A stretch of DNA of 64,000 nucleotides from an uncultured Simkaniaceae bacterium (GTDB taxonomy: Bacteria > Chlamydiota > Chlamydiia > Chlamydiales > Rhabdochlamydiaceae): positions 3,346 to 67,345 of the forward strand of contig CAWBSQ010000005.1 in NCBI GenBank assembly GCA_963791555.1, given 5' to 3'. The position numbers and the translations under genes were made by a program. Shown piece by piece: positions 28,152 through 37,215 of this stretch. Within the stretch, counting starts at the first letter, position 1. Each line of letters opens with the position of its first letter. Under the pieces are notes generated by a model that was not told where the DNA came from, did not search any database, and was given only the letters and a program-made list of their open reading frames with translations.

Positions 28152-28991
28152 ATGGCAGAACAAATATCGAATTTTCAAACCTTCATCGGCAAGCTGCCTA
28201 ATCAGATGAAGTGGCTGCAAGCACGATTCCCCTTCTTAACGCAAGTAGGTGAATACGTCACCTTGATCATCGATGTTGCAAAATGCACTCTGCAGCGTCC
28301 GCCTTCCCTAGCTTTGATTCTTAAACAACTCTATGACATTGGCGTTGCTTCACTGATCGTCGTGGCCATCACGGGATTTTCAACAGGACTGGTCTTAGCC
28401 GCTCAATCATTTTATCAATTGGCTGACAAGGGACTGACAGGAGTCACAGGGATCATGGTCGGTAAAGCGATGATGACCGAATTGGGGCCGGTTCTGACAG
28501 GATTTATGGTCACTGGACGCGTTGGAGCTGCCATGTGCGCCGAACTTGGAAGCATGCGCGTCACTGAGCAAATCGATGCCTTACAGACGATGGCTGTCAA
28601 TCCACATCGCTATCTTGTTGCTCCCCGCTTTATAGCTGGGATTTTCATGATGCCGCTCCTTACTATCTTCAGTATTATTTTGGGGATGTACGGGGGCTAT
28701 CTCATTGCCGTATATTATTTCGGGATGCCGCCTGCCAGCTATTTTGATCCGATGCGCGACCACATCACTCTTTTTGACTTAGGCACAGGCATGGTCAAAG
28801 CCTTTATCTTTGGATTCTTCATCATGACAATCGCCTGCTATAAAGGCATTACGACATATGGCGGAGCAGAAGGGGTAGGACGCTCTACTACGACAAGCGT
28901 GGTGATTACGTATTGTGTGATCCTGCTCGGCAACTTCTTTTTGACCGTAGCGCTCAACATCCTACACGAAGAATTCCCCTGGTTCTTATGA
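28152..28991 (+). CDS. mlaE: ABC transporter permease MlaE/YrbE family
   Basis: LGPVLTGFMVTGRVGAAMCAELGSMRVTEQIDAL motif and multiple TM segments. Followed by an ATPase gene and an MCE gene. Confidence 0.85.
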   Translation: MAEQISNFQTFIGKLPNQMKWLQARFPFLTQVGEYVTLIIDVAKCTLQRPPSLALILKQLYDIGVASLIVVAITGFSTGLVLAAQSFYQLADKGLTGVTGIMVGKAMMTELGPVLTGFMVTGRVGAAMCAELGSMRVTEQIDALQTMAVNPHRYLVAPRFIAGIFMMPLLTIFSIILGMYGGYLIAVYYFGMPPASYFDPMRDHITLFDLGTGMVKAFIFGFFIMTIACYKGITTYGGAEGVGRSTTTSVVITYCVILLGNFFLTVALNILHEEFPWFL

Positions 28992-29776
28992 TCACTATTC
29001 GCGGCCTTTACAAAAAATACGGTAAGCTGCAGGTGCTCGACAACCTCAACCTCGATGTCAAAACGGGCGAAACATTGGTTATCCTGGGTCGATCCGGTGT
29101 GGGAAAAAGCGTCTTGCTCAAGCACATCATCGGCATCACTAAACCAGACGCTGGGACCATCGATGTCGACGGGATGCGTATCACTGATCTTTCGGGTCCT
29201 GAGCTCTACAAAGCTGTGTTGGAAATGGGGATGCTCTTCCAAGGATCCGCTTTGTTCGATTCGATGAATATTCAAGAAAATACAGCATTTTATCTGACGC
29301 AGCACGGCGATCGTAAAACGGGGAAATACTACATACAAGCTGAGCTCGACAAGCTCGTAGCTGAAGCCTTGGCCATGGTCGGATTAGAAGACACGCAAAA
29401 AAAAATGCCATCCGAGCTTTCTGGCGGGATGCGCAAACGCGCTGCTTTAGCCCGATTGATTGTCTATCGCCCTTCGATTATTCTTTACGACGAGCCGACG
29501 ACTGGCCTTGATCCAATTACAGCCATGACCATCAATCAATTGATCGTAAAGACCCAGCAAGAGTTAAAAGCCACCAGCATCGTCGTAACACACGACATCC
29601 TCTCCGCTCTTTACGTGGGCGATAGACTGGCCTTGCATAAAGATGGTAAAATCGCCTATATCGCAGAACCAGGGGAGTTCCTCAAAATCGATGACCCTGT
29701 GATCACCTTTTTGAAAAAAACGATCAGCCAGGATCCTCGTACGTTTCGTGCTGAGTTACAAGGAGTGCGTCTGTGA
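28988..29776 (+). CDS. mlaF: ABC transporter ATP-binding protein MlaF-like
   Basis: Walker A GRSGVGKS, signature LSGGMRKR, Walker B IILYDEPTTGLD. I chose the ATG at 28988 (ATGA overlap with the mlaE stop) over the upstream start in the ORF track. Confidence 0.85.
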   Translation: MITIRGLYKKYGKLQVLDNLNLDVKTGETLVILGRSGVGKSVLLKHIIGITKPDAGTIDVDGMRITDLSGPELYKAVLEMGMLFQGSALFDSMNIQENTAFYLTQHGDRKTGKYYIQAELDKLVAEALAMVGLEDTQKKMPSELSGGMRKRAALARLIVYRPSIILYDEPTTGLDPITAMTINQLIVKTQQELKATSIVVTHDILSALYVGDRLALHKDGKIAYIAEPGEFLKIDDPVITFLKKTISQDPRTFRAELQGVRL

Positions 29777-30999
29777 ACCAATCGACCAAGAACTTTTTGA
29801 TAGGCGTCTTTGTCATAGCGGCATGCGTCTTCATCGTTTGGCTGGTCCTCTTTTTGCATCCTTCTGTTGGCGATGGCAAAAAAACGTTTCATGTGCGTTT
29901 TGCTAATATCAATCAACTCTCTATCGGTACCCGAGTGCTTTTTGCCGGGATGCCTGTCGGTGAAATCGAAGCTATTGAAGAATTGTACGATGCTAGAACC
30001 CAACCAACCGATAGCGAAGGACAGGTCTACTTCTTTCAGCTTACATTGAAGGTAGACTCGAGCGTTGTGATCTATAGTACCGATCAAATCGCTATCCAGA
30101 CTTCTGGTTTATTGGGAGAGAAATCGATCAACATCATTCCCAAGGCTCCGCCTGCCGGCGTAACACCTATTTTGATTACGAACCAGCCCATCTACGCCTC
30201 TTCGGAAGACCCGATCACAAAAACGCTCACCGAACTTGGCGATCTCTCTAAGAAAATCGGCAATACGATCGACGACGTAAAAAATTGGTTCGATAACAAT
30301 AGCGATCATATCTCTTTTGCTATCCAGTCCTTTGGCTGCGCCATGGACCAGGCCTACCTCACGATTTCCGATGTCAACGAACAACGATTAGTCGACGAAT
30401 TCAAAGTGGCCACGCAGAATTTCAATATCAATATGGTCAAACTGCATAATGCAATGCAGGAAATGGAAGATGCCGAGGTCTTTAAAAATGTCGGCATCAC
30501 AATGCAAAATATGAAGAATATTACCCATTCCATCGACCTCGTGACCACCGACATCGCAGAAGGCAAAGGCACGGTCGGTCGTCTGCTCAAAAGCGACGAG
30601 ATGTATCTTCGCTTTACATCCCTCTTGAGTAAAGTCGATACTCTCATGAACGACGTCAATCACTATGGGCTGCTGTTCCATTTGAACAAGGGCTGGCAGC
30701 GGCTTCGCACACAACGGGCGACCTTGATGAATGCCCTCCAATCACCTAGTGAATTCCGCAACTTTTTTGAACAAGAGATCGATCAAATCAACACCGCGAT
30801 GTCCCGTCTCTCAACACTCATCGAAAAAGCGGAAGAATCACGGCAAAAAGATGAAATCATGCAGTCTGTTCCCTTTAAACAAGACTTTAGCGATCTGATG
30901 CGCGAGGTGGACGCCCTTGGCGACAACCTGCGGCTTTACAATCAACAGCTCATGGATCCAGGATCGAGCCAGATCGATGATTGCTTAAAGTCTAACTAA
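29773..30999 (+). CDS. mlaD: MCE-domain protein MlaD-like with a long helical C-terminal extension
   Basis: N-terminal TM anchor and an MCE core (VRFANINQLSIGTRVLFAGMPVGEIEAI). 4-nt overlap with mlaF. Confidence 0.75.
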   Translation: MNQSTKNFLIGVFVIAACVFIVWLVLFLHPSVGDGKKTFHVRFANINQLSIGTRVLFAGMPVGEIEAIEELYDARTQPTDSEGQVYFFQLTLKVDSSVVIYSTDQIAIQTSGLLGEKSINIIPKAPPAGVTPILITNQPIYASSEDPITKTLTELGDLSKKIGNTIDDVKNWFDNNSDHISFAIQSFGCAMDQAYLTISDVNEQRLVDEFKVATQNFNINMVKLHNAMQEMEDAEVFKNVGITMQNMKNITHSIDLVTTDIAEGKGTVGRLLKSDEMYLRFTSLLSKVDTLMNDVNHYGLLFHLNKGWQRLRTQRATLMNALQSPSEFRNFFEQEIDQINTAMSRLSTLIEKAEESRQKDEIMQSVPFKQDFSDLMREVDALGDNLRLYNQQLMDPGSSQIDDCLKSN

Positions 31000-31015
31000 T
31001 AGCAAAGGAGTCTGC

Positions 31016-31585
31016 TTGGAACACTTACCTTACTCTCATATAGATCGAGGAACATTGCTCGTCGCCAGTCCCGACCTCGATAATGGGATATCGTTCCGGA
31101 GCATCGTCATCCTATGCGACCATAGTTCGGCCGGCTCGTTTGGCTTAATCATCAACAAACCTCTCTCGATTGAGTTGCCTGAAGAGATCCTAAAGCTCGA
31201 AGAGATGAGCAATCCCAATTTAGAAATGCGTGTAGGTGGAGTCGTACAGCAAAGCCAACTCATGCTGCTCCACGGTTATAGCGGAGCCCCTGATCAAACG
31301 CTTAAAATCTGTGAAGGCGTCTATCTTGGCGGGGATCTTCCCTTTTTGCAAACGTTGGCAACGGACGCATCCCACCCCCCAGTACGCCTTTGTTTTGGCT
31401 ATTCTGGATGGGGCCCTGGACAGTTGGAACGCGAATTCCTAGCTGGCAACTGGTTCCTCCATCCTGGCTCAAGAAGGCTTGTTTTCGAAGTCCCATCCGA
31501 TCAACTTTGGAAAATCGTGTTGTGCGAAATGGGGGGTAAATTCGCCTCTCTTTCGATGATCCCCGAAGACCTCTCGCTTAATTAA
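31016..31585 (+). CDS. YqgE/AlgH family protein (UPF0301)
   Basis: GTLLVASPDLDNGISFRSIVILCDHSSAGSFGLIINKP and GYSGWGPGQLERE match the family signature. Confidence 0.8.
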   Translation: MEHLPYSHIDRGTLLVASPDLDNGISFRSIVILCDHSSAGSFGLIINKPLSIELPEEILKLEEMSNPNLEMRVGGVVQQSQLMLLHGYSGAPDQTLKICEGVYLGGDLPFLQTLATDASHPPVRLCFGYSGWGPGQLEREFLAGNWFLHPGSRRLVFEVPSDQLWKIVLCEMGGKFASLSMIPEDLSLN

Positions 31586-31922
31586 ATACGAAAACAGAAT
31601 TACTCTCCGTAATTCCTCGATCATAGGTACAAAAAGTATCGGTAGCTTCCGGTTTTCTGTTGTGGATCTTGATATTCGTGATCACTTCCACAGCGCCGCT
31701 ATCGAGGCACTTTTGTTGTGCGGCTTTGACAATTTCGAGCAAGTGGTCAAGATCGCCTTTCATTGTAGTTTCCATAGCACTCACTTGATAGGGAACATTG
31801 GCTTCCTTGACGACCTCTATCGCCTGATCTACCAATTCAAAATTATTCCCCTCGCGCACTCTTGGGATAACCTGAAACGCCACATAAACTTCTGAATGCT
31901 GACCTTTTTTTTTACACATCAT
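31578..31922 (-). CDS. MTH1187/YkoF-like (UPF0045) thiamine-binding-fold protein
   Basis: 114 aa. The pattern VAFQVIP...LVDQAIEVVKEANVPYQVSAMETTMKGDLDHLLEIV resembles DUF77. Confidence 0.55.
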   Translation of the reverse strand: MMCKKKGQHSEVYVAFQVIPRVREGNNFELVDQAIEVVKEANVPYQVSAMETTMKGDLDHLLEIVKAAQQKCLDSGAVEVITNIKIHNRKPEATDTFCTYDRGITESNSVFVFN

Positions 31923-31980
31923 TCCTCTCCCATTTTTCTTAAAAAGAAAGATAGTTTATCATGAATCTGTATTAAAGAAG

Positions 31981-32075
31981 AGATAGAGTAAAGTCTGAAG
32001 AAGCCCTTATGAAAGACATGTCGGGAAAAAGTCCGCTGGCTATCGGACCGCTCTTTTTTACTCGCTTAGATTTTT
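31981..32075 (-). repeat. R-element copy R1 (inverted, internally deleted)
   Basis: 31981-32040 matches the reverse complement of 33781-33840 (gagtaaagtctgaaga.gc.ctta.gaaagacatgtcgggaa.aagtcc.ctggc). 32044-32075 matches the reverse complement of about 33661-33692 (cggaccgctc...actcgcttagatttt). Confidence 0.8.
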
Positions 32076-32292
32076 ATAGCGGATTGCACCATACTTATGT
32101 TGGCAGCGTCGAGTGCAAGTAACGAAATTGTCGACAGAATATCTCGATACGCTCGACAACACATAGAAATGCTTTTCTATTAGTTATGATCCATTAGTAT
32201 ACTGTATTTGCAGCATATACTCGATCCCTGATGGTAGCCACGCAGGTGGCCCTCTTTCCAAACAAAAAACCTGGTAAAGCCAGCTTTACTTG

Positions 32293-32347
32293 CAACTCCG
32301 AACAGGAGTCGCACTTGCAGGTCATTGCTAGCAAGAGATTTTAAGTC
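32293..32347 (-). pseudogene. degenerate tRNA-Leu(UAA) 3-prime-half fragment (F1)
   Basis: About 80 percent identical by eye to fragment F2. It retains the anticodon-loop string cttaaaa, but the T-loop is degenerate (gtgcgactcc) and there is no 5-prime half. Confidence 0.6.
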
Positions 32348-32552
32348 AGGCTGTATCCAACCCTTTTCAAAGTTATTCGATGCTAATCAATTGAAAAATA
32401 GCAACTTATATTTGCACTAGGGTTGACAAGCCAGGATTAAGATCAATAGTTTTTGATCCTTGCTATCCCATATATGTCCCAAATTTTATAAAATACATGG
32501 CCTATTTATTACCGAACGGGTATAATTTGAGAAAAGAGTTTGGGACTGATTT

Positions 32553-32912
32553 GTGAAAAAATTAGTTTGGATAGGGTCGAGCTATAGGGATCTAAAAGAC
32601 TTCCCTCCATCCGTTCGTCAAGCCATGGGATACGCCCTTTTCTTTGCTCAAAACGGGAAAATGCATGAGCACGCAAAGGTCCTCAGCGGCATGGGTAGCG
32701 CAGGAGTCCAGGAGGTTCGAGAAAACGATAAGAGTGGGACCTATAGGGTAATTTATACCGTGGAAACAGCCGAGTTTATATTTGTTTTGCACGCCTTTCA
32801 AAAGAAATCGAAATCCGGTATTGCTACACCAAAGCAAGAAATAGATCTATTGAAAAGTCGCCTGAAGGAAGCTAAGGCTCTCTATAAGAATTTGATTGAG
32901 GAAACCAAATGA
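32553..32912 (+). CDS. higB: RelE/HigB-superfamily toxin (phage Gp49-like)
   Basis: 119 aa. Typical Gp49/HigB-2-like features (W.GSS..DL..FP..vr...G..L...Q.G; YRVIY...FIFVLHAFQKKS). 4-nt overlap with the downstream HTH gene. Confidence 0.8.
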   Translation: MKKLVWIGSSYRDLKDFPPSVRQAMGYALFFAQNGKMHEHAKVLSGMGSAGVQEVRENDKSGTYRVIYTVETAEFIFVLHAFQKKSKSGIATPKQEIDLLKSRLKEAKALYKNLIEETK

Positions 32913-33295
32913 AAACAAAAAAATTAAGAAAAAAACGTTTAGGGAATATCGAATATACTGAAAGTTCCGGGAATGTTTTTGCCGACCTTGGAATCCCCAA
33001 TCCTGAAGAAGCATTAGCGAAGTCTGAAATTGCTATGAAAATCCATGACCTTATCAAGAAAAAGAAACTCACTCAGGCAAAGGCTGCAAAAATCCTCAAG
33101 ATTAGCCAACCCAAGATTTCCTTACTTCTTCGCGGTCATTTGACGGACTTTTCTCTAGAGCGGCTGCTCCGTTTCTTGAATGATCTCGGCCAGGATGTCT
33201 ATATCTCAATCGTACCCACCTCACATTCGAGGCACGGCACTACAATGATTGGCGATTCTCCTTCTAACGCTAGAATCACAGCTTTAGGCAAGTAA
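32909..33295 (+). CDS. higA: XRE-family HTH antitoxin (HigA-like)
   Basis: SGNVFADLGIPNPEE...LTQAKAAKILKISQPKISLLLRGHLTDFSLERLLRFLNDLG is the classic HTH_37/XRE antitoxin partner of Gp49-like toxins. Confidence 0.8.
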   Translation: MKTKKLRKKRLGNIEYTESSGNVFADLGIPNPEEALAKSEIAMKIHDLIKKKKLTQAKAAKILKISQPKISLLLRGHLTDFSLERLLRFLNDLGQDVYISIVPTSHSRHGTTMIGDSPSNARITALGK

Positions 33296-33483
33296 TAGAA
33301 CGCTTTATCAAGATGATTGCATTTAAGGTTTTCTATAGGTTAGTTCATTACTTGAGCTTTCAATGCTACAATTTGCAAATGCTAGATCCTTGCTGTCCCA
33401 CCTGCGTCCTTTTTAAGGGTCAAAGGTAGGACGAAGAAGCGGCTTTACAGCGCTAATAATAAGGCGATTTTATCTAGAGAAAT

Positions 33484-33537
33484 TGCTCGGAACAGGAGTC
33501 GAACCTACACGCCATTGCTTGCAGGGGATTTTAAGAC
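33484..33537 (-). pseudogene. tRNA-Leu(UAA) 3-prime half (F2): anticodon loop, long variable arm, T-arm, acceptor 3-prime strand; no 5-prime half
   Basis: Minus strand reads GTCTTAAAATCCCCTGCAAGCAATGGCGTGTAGGTTCGACTCCTGTTCCGAGCA. The sequence upstream of the loop cannot pair with TCCCC, and no GCTCGGA acceptor 5-prime strand was found nearby. Confidence 0.7.
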
Positions 33538-33550
33538 AACTTCTTATGCG

Positions 33551-33840
33551 CTATTTTTTGCTTCGCTCTGCGACGCGACGCGAAGAGGGGTCCCGCCCTG
33601 AGACGTAAGTCCGGCGGGGAGATGAGCGCGCAGAGCAGCCCACGGCTTCGAGGCGCACAGCAAAATCTAAGCGAGTGAAAGCGAGCGGTCCGAATGACGA
33701 AGCGTAGTATTAGATACGCGTAAGGAGGGAGGATTGATTTGGCCAAGTGCACCGAAGCTCAAGAGGGCAAGCGGGGAACAAGCCAGGGGACTTGTTCCCG
33801 ACATGTCTTTCCTAAGCGCCTCTTCAGACTTTACTCTCTC
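33551..33840 (+). repeat. R-element copy R2 (full length, about 290 bp)
   Basis: Aligns with 58183-58495. The core ggcttc.aggcgcacagcaaaatctaagcga...gacgaagcgtagtattagatac.cgtaaggagggaggattgatttggc.aag is about 93 percent identical over about 105 nt. Confidence 0.85.
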
Positions 33841-33866
33841 TTCTTTCTCTTATTCCTTCTCTTTCT

Positions 33867-36005
33867 TCATTCTTCGATGCGTAGGAGGTCGAAGAGGGGT
33901 TCGCTGAAGGGCTTGTTGCACTCTTTGCGGAGTTTAATACCCTGCGCTTCGATCTCTGCTTGAACTAAGGATAAAGCGCTGATAGCGCGGTGCAACCGTG
34001 ATTTATCCACAGCCCGTTCGCGCAACATCAAAGCTGGGGCGTAAAGAAGAGAGAGAAGAAGAGTTCTCTTTTTTTCGTCGAATTTCTGGTCGCTTCCAAA
34101 CATGTTCACAAGCGAAAAAAGCTCGGCCGTCATGACGGCGCCGGTATCTATCGCATCTTTGCAAGTAAAGCTAAAGTATGCGGGCTGGACCTTTTCTAGA
34201 AAATAGAGCGTTAAAAACAGATAGAACAACTCGATAAAATCGAGTCTGTTTTTGCGCGTTAGGTTTTCTTTTTTAGCAAAGAAGGTTTTATGAATGATCT
34301 CGATAGATTCAGCTGCAAACGCTAAAAGAGCTTTACGTTCTACAAATGGCGGAATATAAAAGCCACACTCTTCGCCACTTTCCAATTGTTCGAGGAGCTG
34401 ACTTTTGAACGTCTTTGCTTCATCTAGAGCCTCGTAATTCTCCGATTGATTATAAAAATCTGTATCCATCGGTAGAGAAATGACCAATAAGTGACCTGTG
34501 AATTCTGCATTTTTTTGCAATTCCTCTAAGGCCGCGGCTCTAGCATGCTCTTGCCACGAAGTTCGATTTTGTAAATTGACGACCAGAATGCGCTCTTTTT
34601 TTCCTGTTTGCACGATGAAGCGAAGACAAGCTTGGAATTCCTTAATAATATCAACCGAATCGACGCGCAATTGGGTGACCGGTGATGGCAAATGGAGGAC
34701 TTTCGTGCCAAGGACACCACCCGAAATGGTGAAGAGCTCGTAAGGTAAATTTTCCTGAGCGATGGGGTCATACCCTTCTCGTTCTTCTCCCTCTCGTAGC
34801 ACATCGAGAGTTTTCATCAACGGTCCGTTCGGAAAGCGCTTGAGAAAACTACGCAGCTTTTCATCGTCATCGAGAAGACTATTCCAAAGCCAAAGAGGAT
34901 TTTTCCCCTCTTGCGACAAAGGTTTGTGATTGCACGCCTTTTCAAAGGTCCTTTCGATGAGCCTATCTGACTCGTGGCGCGAAGGTTTTCTAAAAAAAAG
35001 CAGAGAAGATAGTTTATGTGCGAGATAAAGAGAGATCGTTATGACAGGTTCCATCTGCTCTGGCGGCATTTCAAGCGCCTGCTGATATTCAATGCTTTGC
35101 AACGCCTCGCGTAAATAGCGCTGGAAATCAGAAAAGTAGCTCACCGCTGATTTTCCCATGGTATTTTGCATCAAGTTGCGAGGATTTGCAGCTAACATGA
35201 GCCCCATGACCGCCTTGGACAACCCCATGACAAAGGCGTTTTCTTTAAATTTTAAGGCGTCTCTAAAAAATGAATCGATCGAAGTTTTGGCTGTAGAGAG
35301 CAAATGTTTTGTGCTCTCATAGAGCTGCCCATCTTCGATCAGCTTAATTTTTAAAAAAGGATCTTCTCCGGAGGGATCGCCCATCGACTCATCGAACTCT
35401 CCTACTAAGCGAATGTGCCGCATTAAATTGCGGTTAAAAAATGGGCGGCCGTCTTCTTTTCGAATGTAGAACAATTCGTATTCTTTATCCCTTCTTACTG
35501 TTTCCAGGTCCTTTAATCCTCGTCGTTGAATATCTAGAAGATCAGTTTCTTGACCGCCCCACTCCGCTTCCCACGCCTCTTCACTTGCCAGCGTGGCCTC
35601 AAATTTTTTCATGATTTTGGTGAGATAAAACTGCTGAAAATCTTGAAACTCTTTGAGTTCCGAGACCCCGCCTTCACCATGCGCTCCCTTAAATAGAACA
35701 GTGAAATGGTCGAGCTTTTTAACAGCTTCACTTGCAATGCCCATGATGGCCTTGACGCCCTGCCGCGTATGAGGGTCTTCGAATTGGCCTTTGTCGTGCT
35801 CATACAAGTGCTCGAGGTAGCGATGCAAAACACGGAAAGTCTGTTTGACTTTTTCCTGTTTGATTTCGCGTGCCTGCAATTCGGTCCCGCTCAGGCTATG
35901 GTCGATCTCTGCCAATTTAGAGAGCTCGTCAACGGCTTCCATGACCGATAGCTCTTCGCCTGGTTCCAGTTGCTTGGTTTTTAGCTTCTTAGGCTGCTTA
36001 GCCAT
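33867..36005 (-). CDS. hypothetical protein (712 aa)
   Basis: Long uninterrupted ORF with no recognised motif. Confidence 0.65.
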   Translation of the reverse strand: MAKQPKKLKTKQLEPGEELSVMEAVDELSKLAEIDHSLSGTELQAREIKQEKVKQTFRVLHRYLEHLYEHDKGQFEDPHTRQGVKAIMGIASEAVKKLDHFTVLFKGAHGEGGVSELKEFQDFQQFYLTKIMKKFEATLASEEAWEAEWGGQETDLLDIQRRGLKDLETVRRDKEYELFYIRKEDGRPFFNRNLMRHIRLVGEFDESMGDPSGEDPFLKIKLIEDGQLYESTKHLLSTAKTSIDSFFRDALKFKENAFVMGLSKAVMGLMLAANPRNLMQNTMGKSAVSYFSDFQRYLREALQSIEYQQALEMPPEQMEPVITISLYLAHKLSSLLFFRKPSRHESDRLIERTFEKACNHKPLSQEGKNPLWLWNSLLDDDEKLRSFLKRFPNGPLMKTLDVLREGEEREGYDPIAQENLPYELFTISGGVLGTKVLHLPSPVTQLRVDSVDIIKEFQACLRFIVQTGKKERILVVNLQNRTSWQEHARAAALEELQKNAEFTGHLLVISLPMDTDFYNQSENYEALDEAKTFKSQLLEQLESGEECGFYIPPFVERKALLAFAAESIEIIHKTFFAKKENLTRKNRLDFIELFYLFLTLYFLEKVQPAYFSFTCKDAIDTGAVMTAELFSLVNMFGSDQKFDEKKRTLLLSLLYAPALMLRERAVDKSRLHRAISALSLVQAEIEAQGIKLRKECNKPFSEPLFDLLRIEE

Positions 36006-36136
36006 AATTAATACAACAGTGTTAGTTATAATTTTAATTATGTTTTAATAATTAAATAATATCAAACTAAATAGACTGATAAAAATATCTCGCCATCAGA
36101 AAAGTAATATTTTCGAACAGTAAGACAGATTTACAA

Positions 36137-37138
36137 TTACAACATTCTGAAAATAAATAAGAAGAAGGCAGAGATCAAACCAGCCCCAGGAAGAGTAAAC
36201 ACCCAGGTCAAGACCATCCGCCGGCCTAGCTTCCATTGGACGTGCTTATAGCCTTTAGCAGCTCCCACTCCCCCGATGCTCCCAACAATCATTTGCGAGG
36301 AGCTGATTGGCATGCCAAGAAAGCTAGCTGTTAGGATAACGATTGAAGCACTCACTTCTGCGGCAAACCCTTGGGGCGGGGTGAGGCGTGTGATCTTGAA
36401 TCCGACCGTTTGGATGATCCTATAGCCCCCTGTTGCGGTGCCAAGTCCCATCATTAAAGCGCAGCTCAGGATCACCCAGAAAGGAATTTGGGTCGAAGAG
36501 ACGAGACTCGAAGCAAAAAGGCCCAATGTAATGATCCCCATGCTCTTTTGGGCATCATTAAGCCCATGAGAAAGCGCCATCACACTGCCTGATGCAATCT
36601 GCAAATAGCGAAAGAATTTAGCCTGCCTGCCTTCCTTTTCCACTTTGATGAATCGATAGAGGATTTTCATGAGAAAATAGGAGCCAAAGAAGCCGATGAT
36701 CGGTGAGACGACCATAGGAATGAGCACTTTGTTCGTGAGTCCTTTCCAATGGACTATCTCTAATCCCCCTTCGACTATAGCTGCTCCAAGAAGCCCGCCA
36801 ATCAGGGCATACGATGAACTGCTCGGAAGACCAAAATACCACGTGATGAAATTCCAGATGATAGCGCCGACTACAGCGAAAAGGACAATCTGCTGCGTTG
36901 CTGCCACTTCATCGACGAGCCCTGTAGCAATGGTATGCGCAACCCCGCTGATCTGCGTAGCTCCAAGAGTGTTGAGCAGTGCGGCAAGAACAATAGCAGC
37001 GGCCGGAGCTAGGGCTTTTGTTGCGATTATCGTGGAGACGACATTCGAAGCATCGTGAAAACCATTTGTGTAGTCAAATAGCAATCCAAGAACGACGATT
37101 AAGACAGCGAGTTCTATAGTACCCATGATTTTTGTCAT
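36137..37138 (-). CDS. pit: inorganic phosphate transporter, PiT (PHO4) family
   Basis: GFHDASNVVSTIIATKAL and the second-half repeat SHGLNDAQKSMGII, with about 10 TM segments. Confidence 0.85.
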   Translation of the reverse strand: MTKIMGTIELAVLIVVLGLLFDYTNGFHDASNVVSTIIATKALAPAAAIVLAALLNTLGATQISGVAHTIATGLVDEVAATQQIVLFAVVGAIIWNFITWYFGLPSSSSYALIGGLLGAAIVEGGLEIVHWKGLTNKVLIPMVVSPIIGFFGSYFLMKILYRFIKVEKEGRQAKFFRYLQIASGSVMALSHGLNDAQKSMGIITLGLFASSLVSSTQIPFWVILSCALMMGLGTATGGYRIIQTVGFKITRLTPPQGFAAEVSASIVILTASFLGMPISSSQMIVGSIGGVGAAKGYKHVQWKLGRRMVLTWVFTLPGAGLISAFFLFIFRML

Positions 37139-37215
37139 AATCAGGATCTTGCGATTTAGGCAAGACAGATGTTATAGGCAAATTAATCGACCTCTTTCAT
37201 AACTAAAGGTTCTCT

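Noticed and set aside
28913-28987. Upstream start for mlaF proposed by the ORF track
   Set aside because: That start would overlap the mlaE C-terminus by 79 nt and add a non-conserved Arg-rich leader. The ATG at 28988 gives the canonical MITIRGL... N-terminus and an ATGA stop/start overlap.
32424-32526. Promoter-like hexamers upstream of higB (TTGACA at 32424, TATAAT at 32521)
   Set aside because: The two hexamers are about 90 nt apart, so they do not form one promoter. Neither has a convincing partner at 16-18 nt spacing.
33484-33840. Idea that tRNA-Leu(UAA) is split by a group I intron, as in cyanobacteria and plastids, with R2 as the intron
   Set aside because: No 5-prime exon was found: there is no GCTCGGA acceptor strand, no D-arm, and no GGGGA to pair with TCCCC within or upstream of R2. 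The full anticodon loop CTTAAAA is contiguous with the 3-prime half. The same R sequence also occurs beside an intact tRNA-Ser, where it cannot be an intron.
33531-33963. ORFs 33531..33752 (-) and 33739..33963 (+) inside repeat R2
   Set aside because: Neither frame is conserved in the homologous copy R3, where the corresponding frame stops after a few codons. The translations are low-complexity (Arg/Ser/Leu/Phe).
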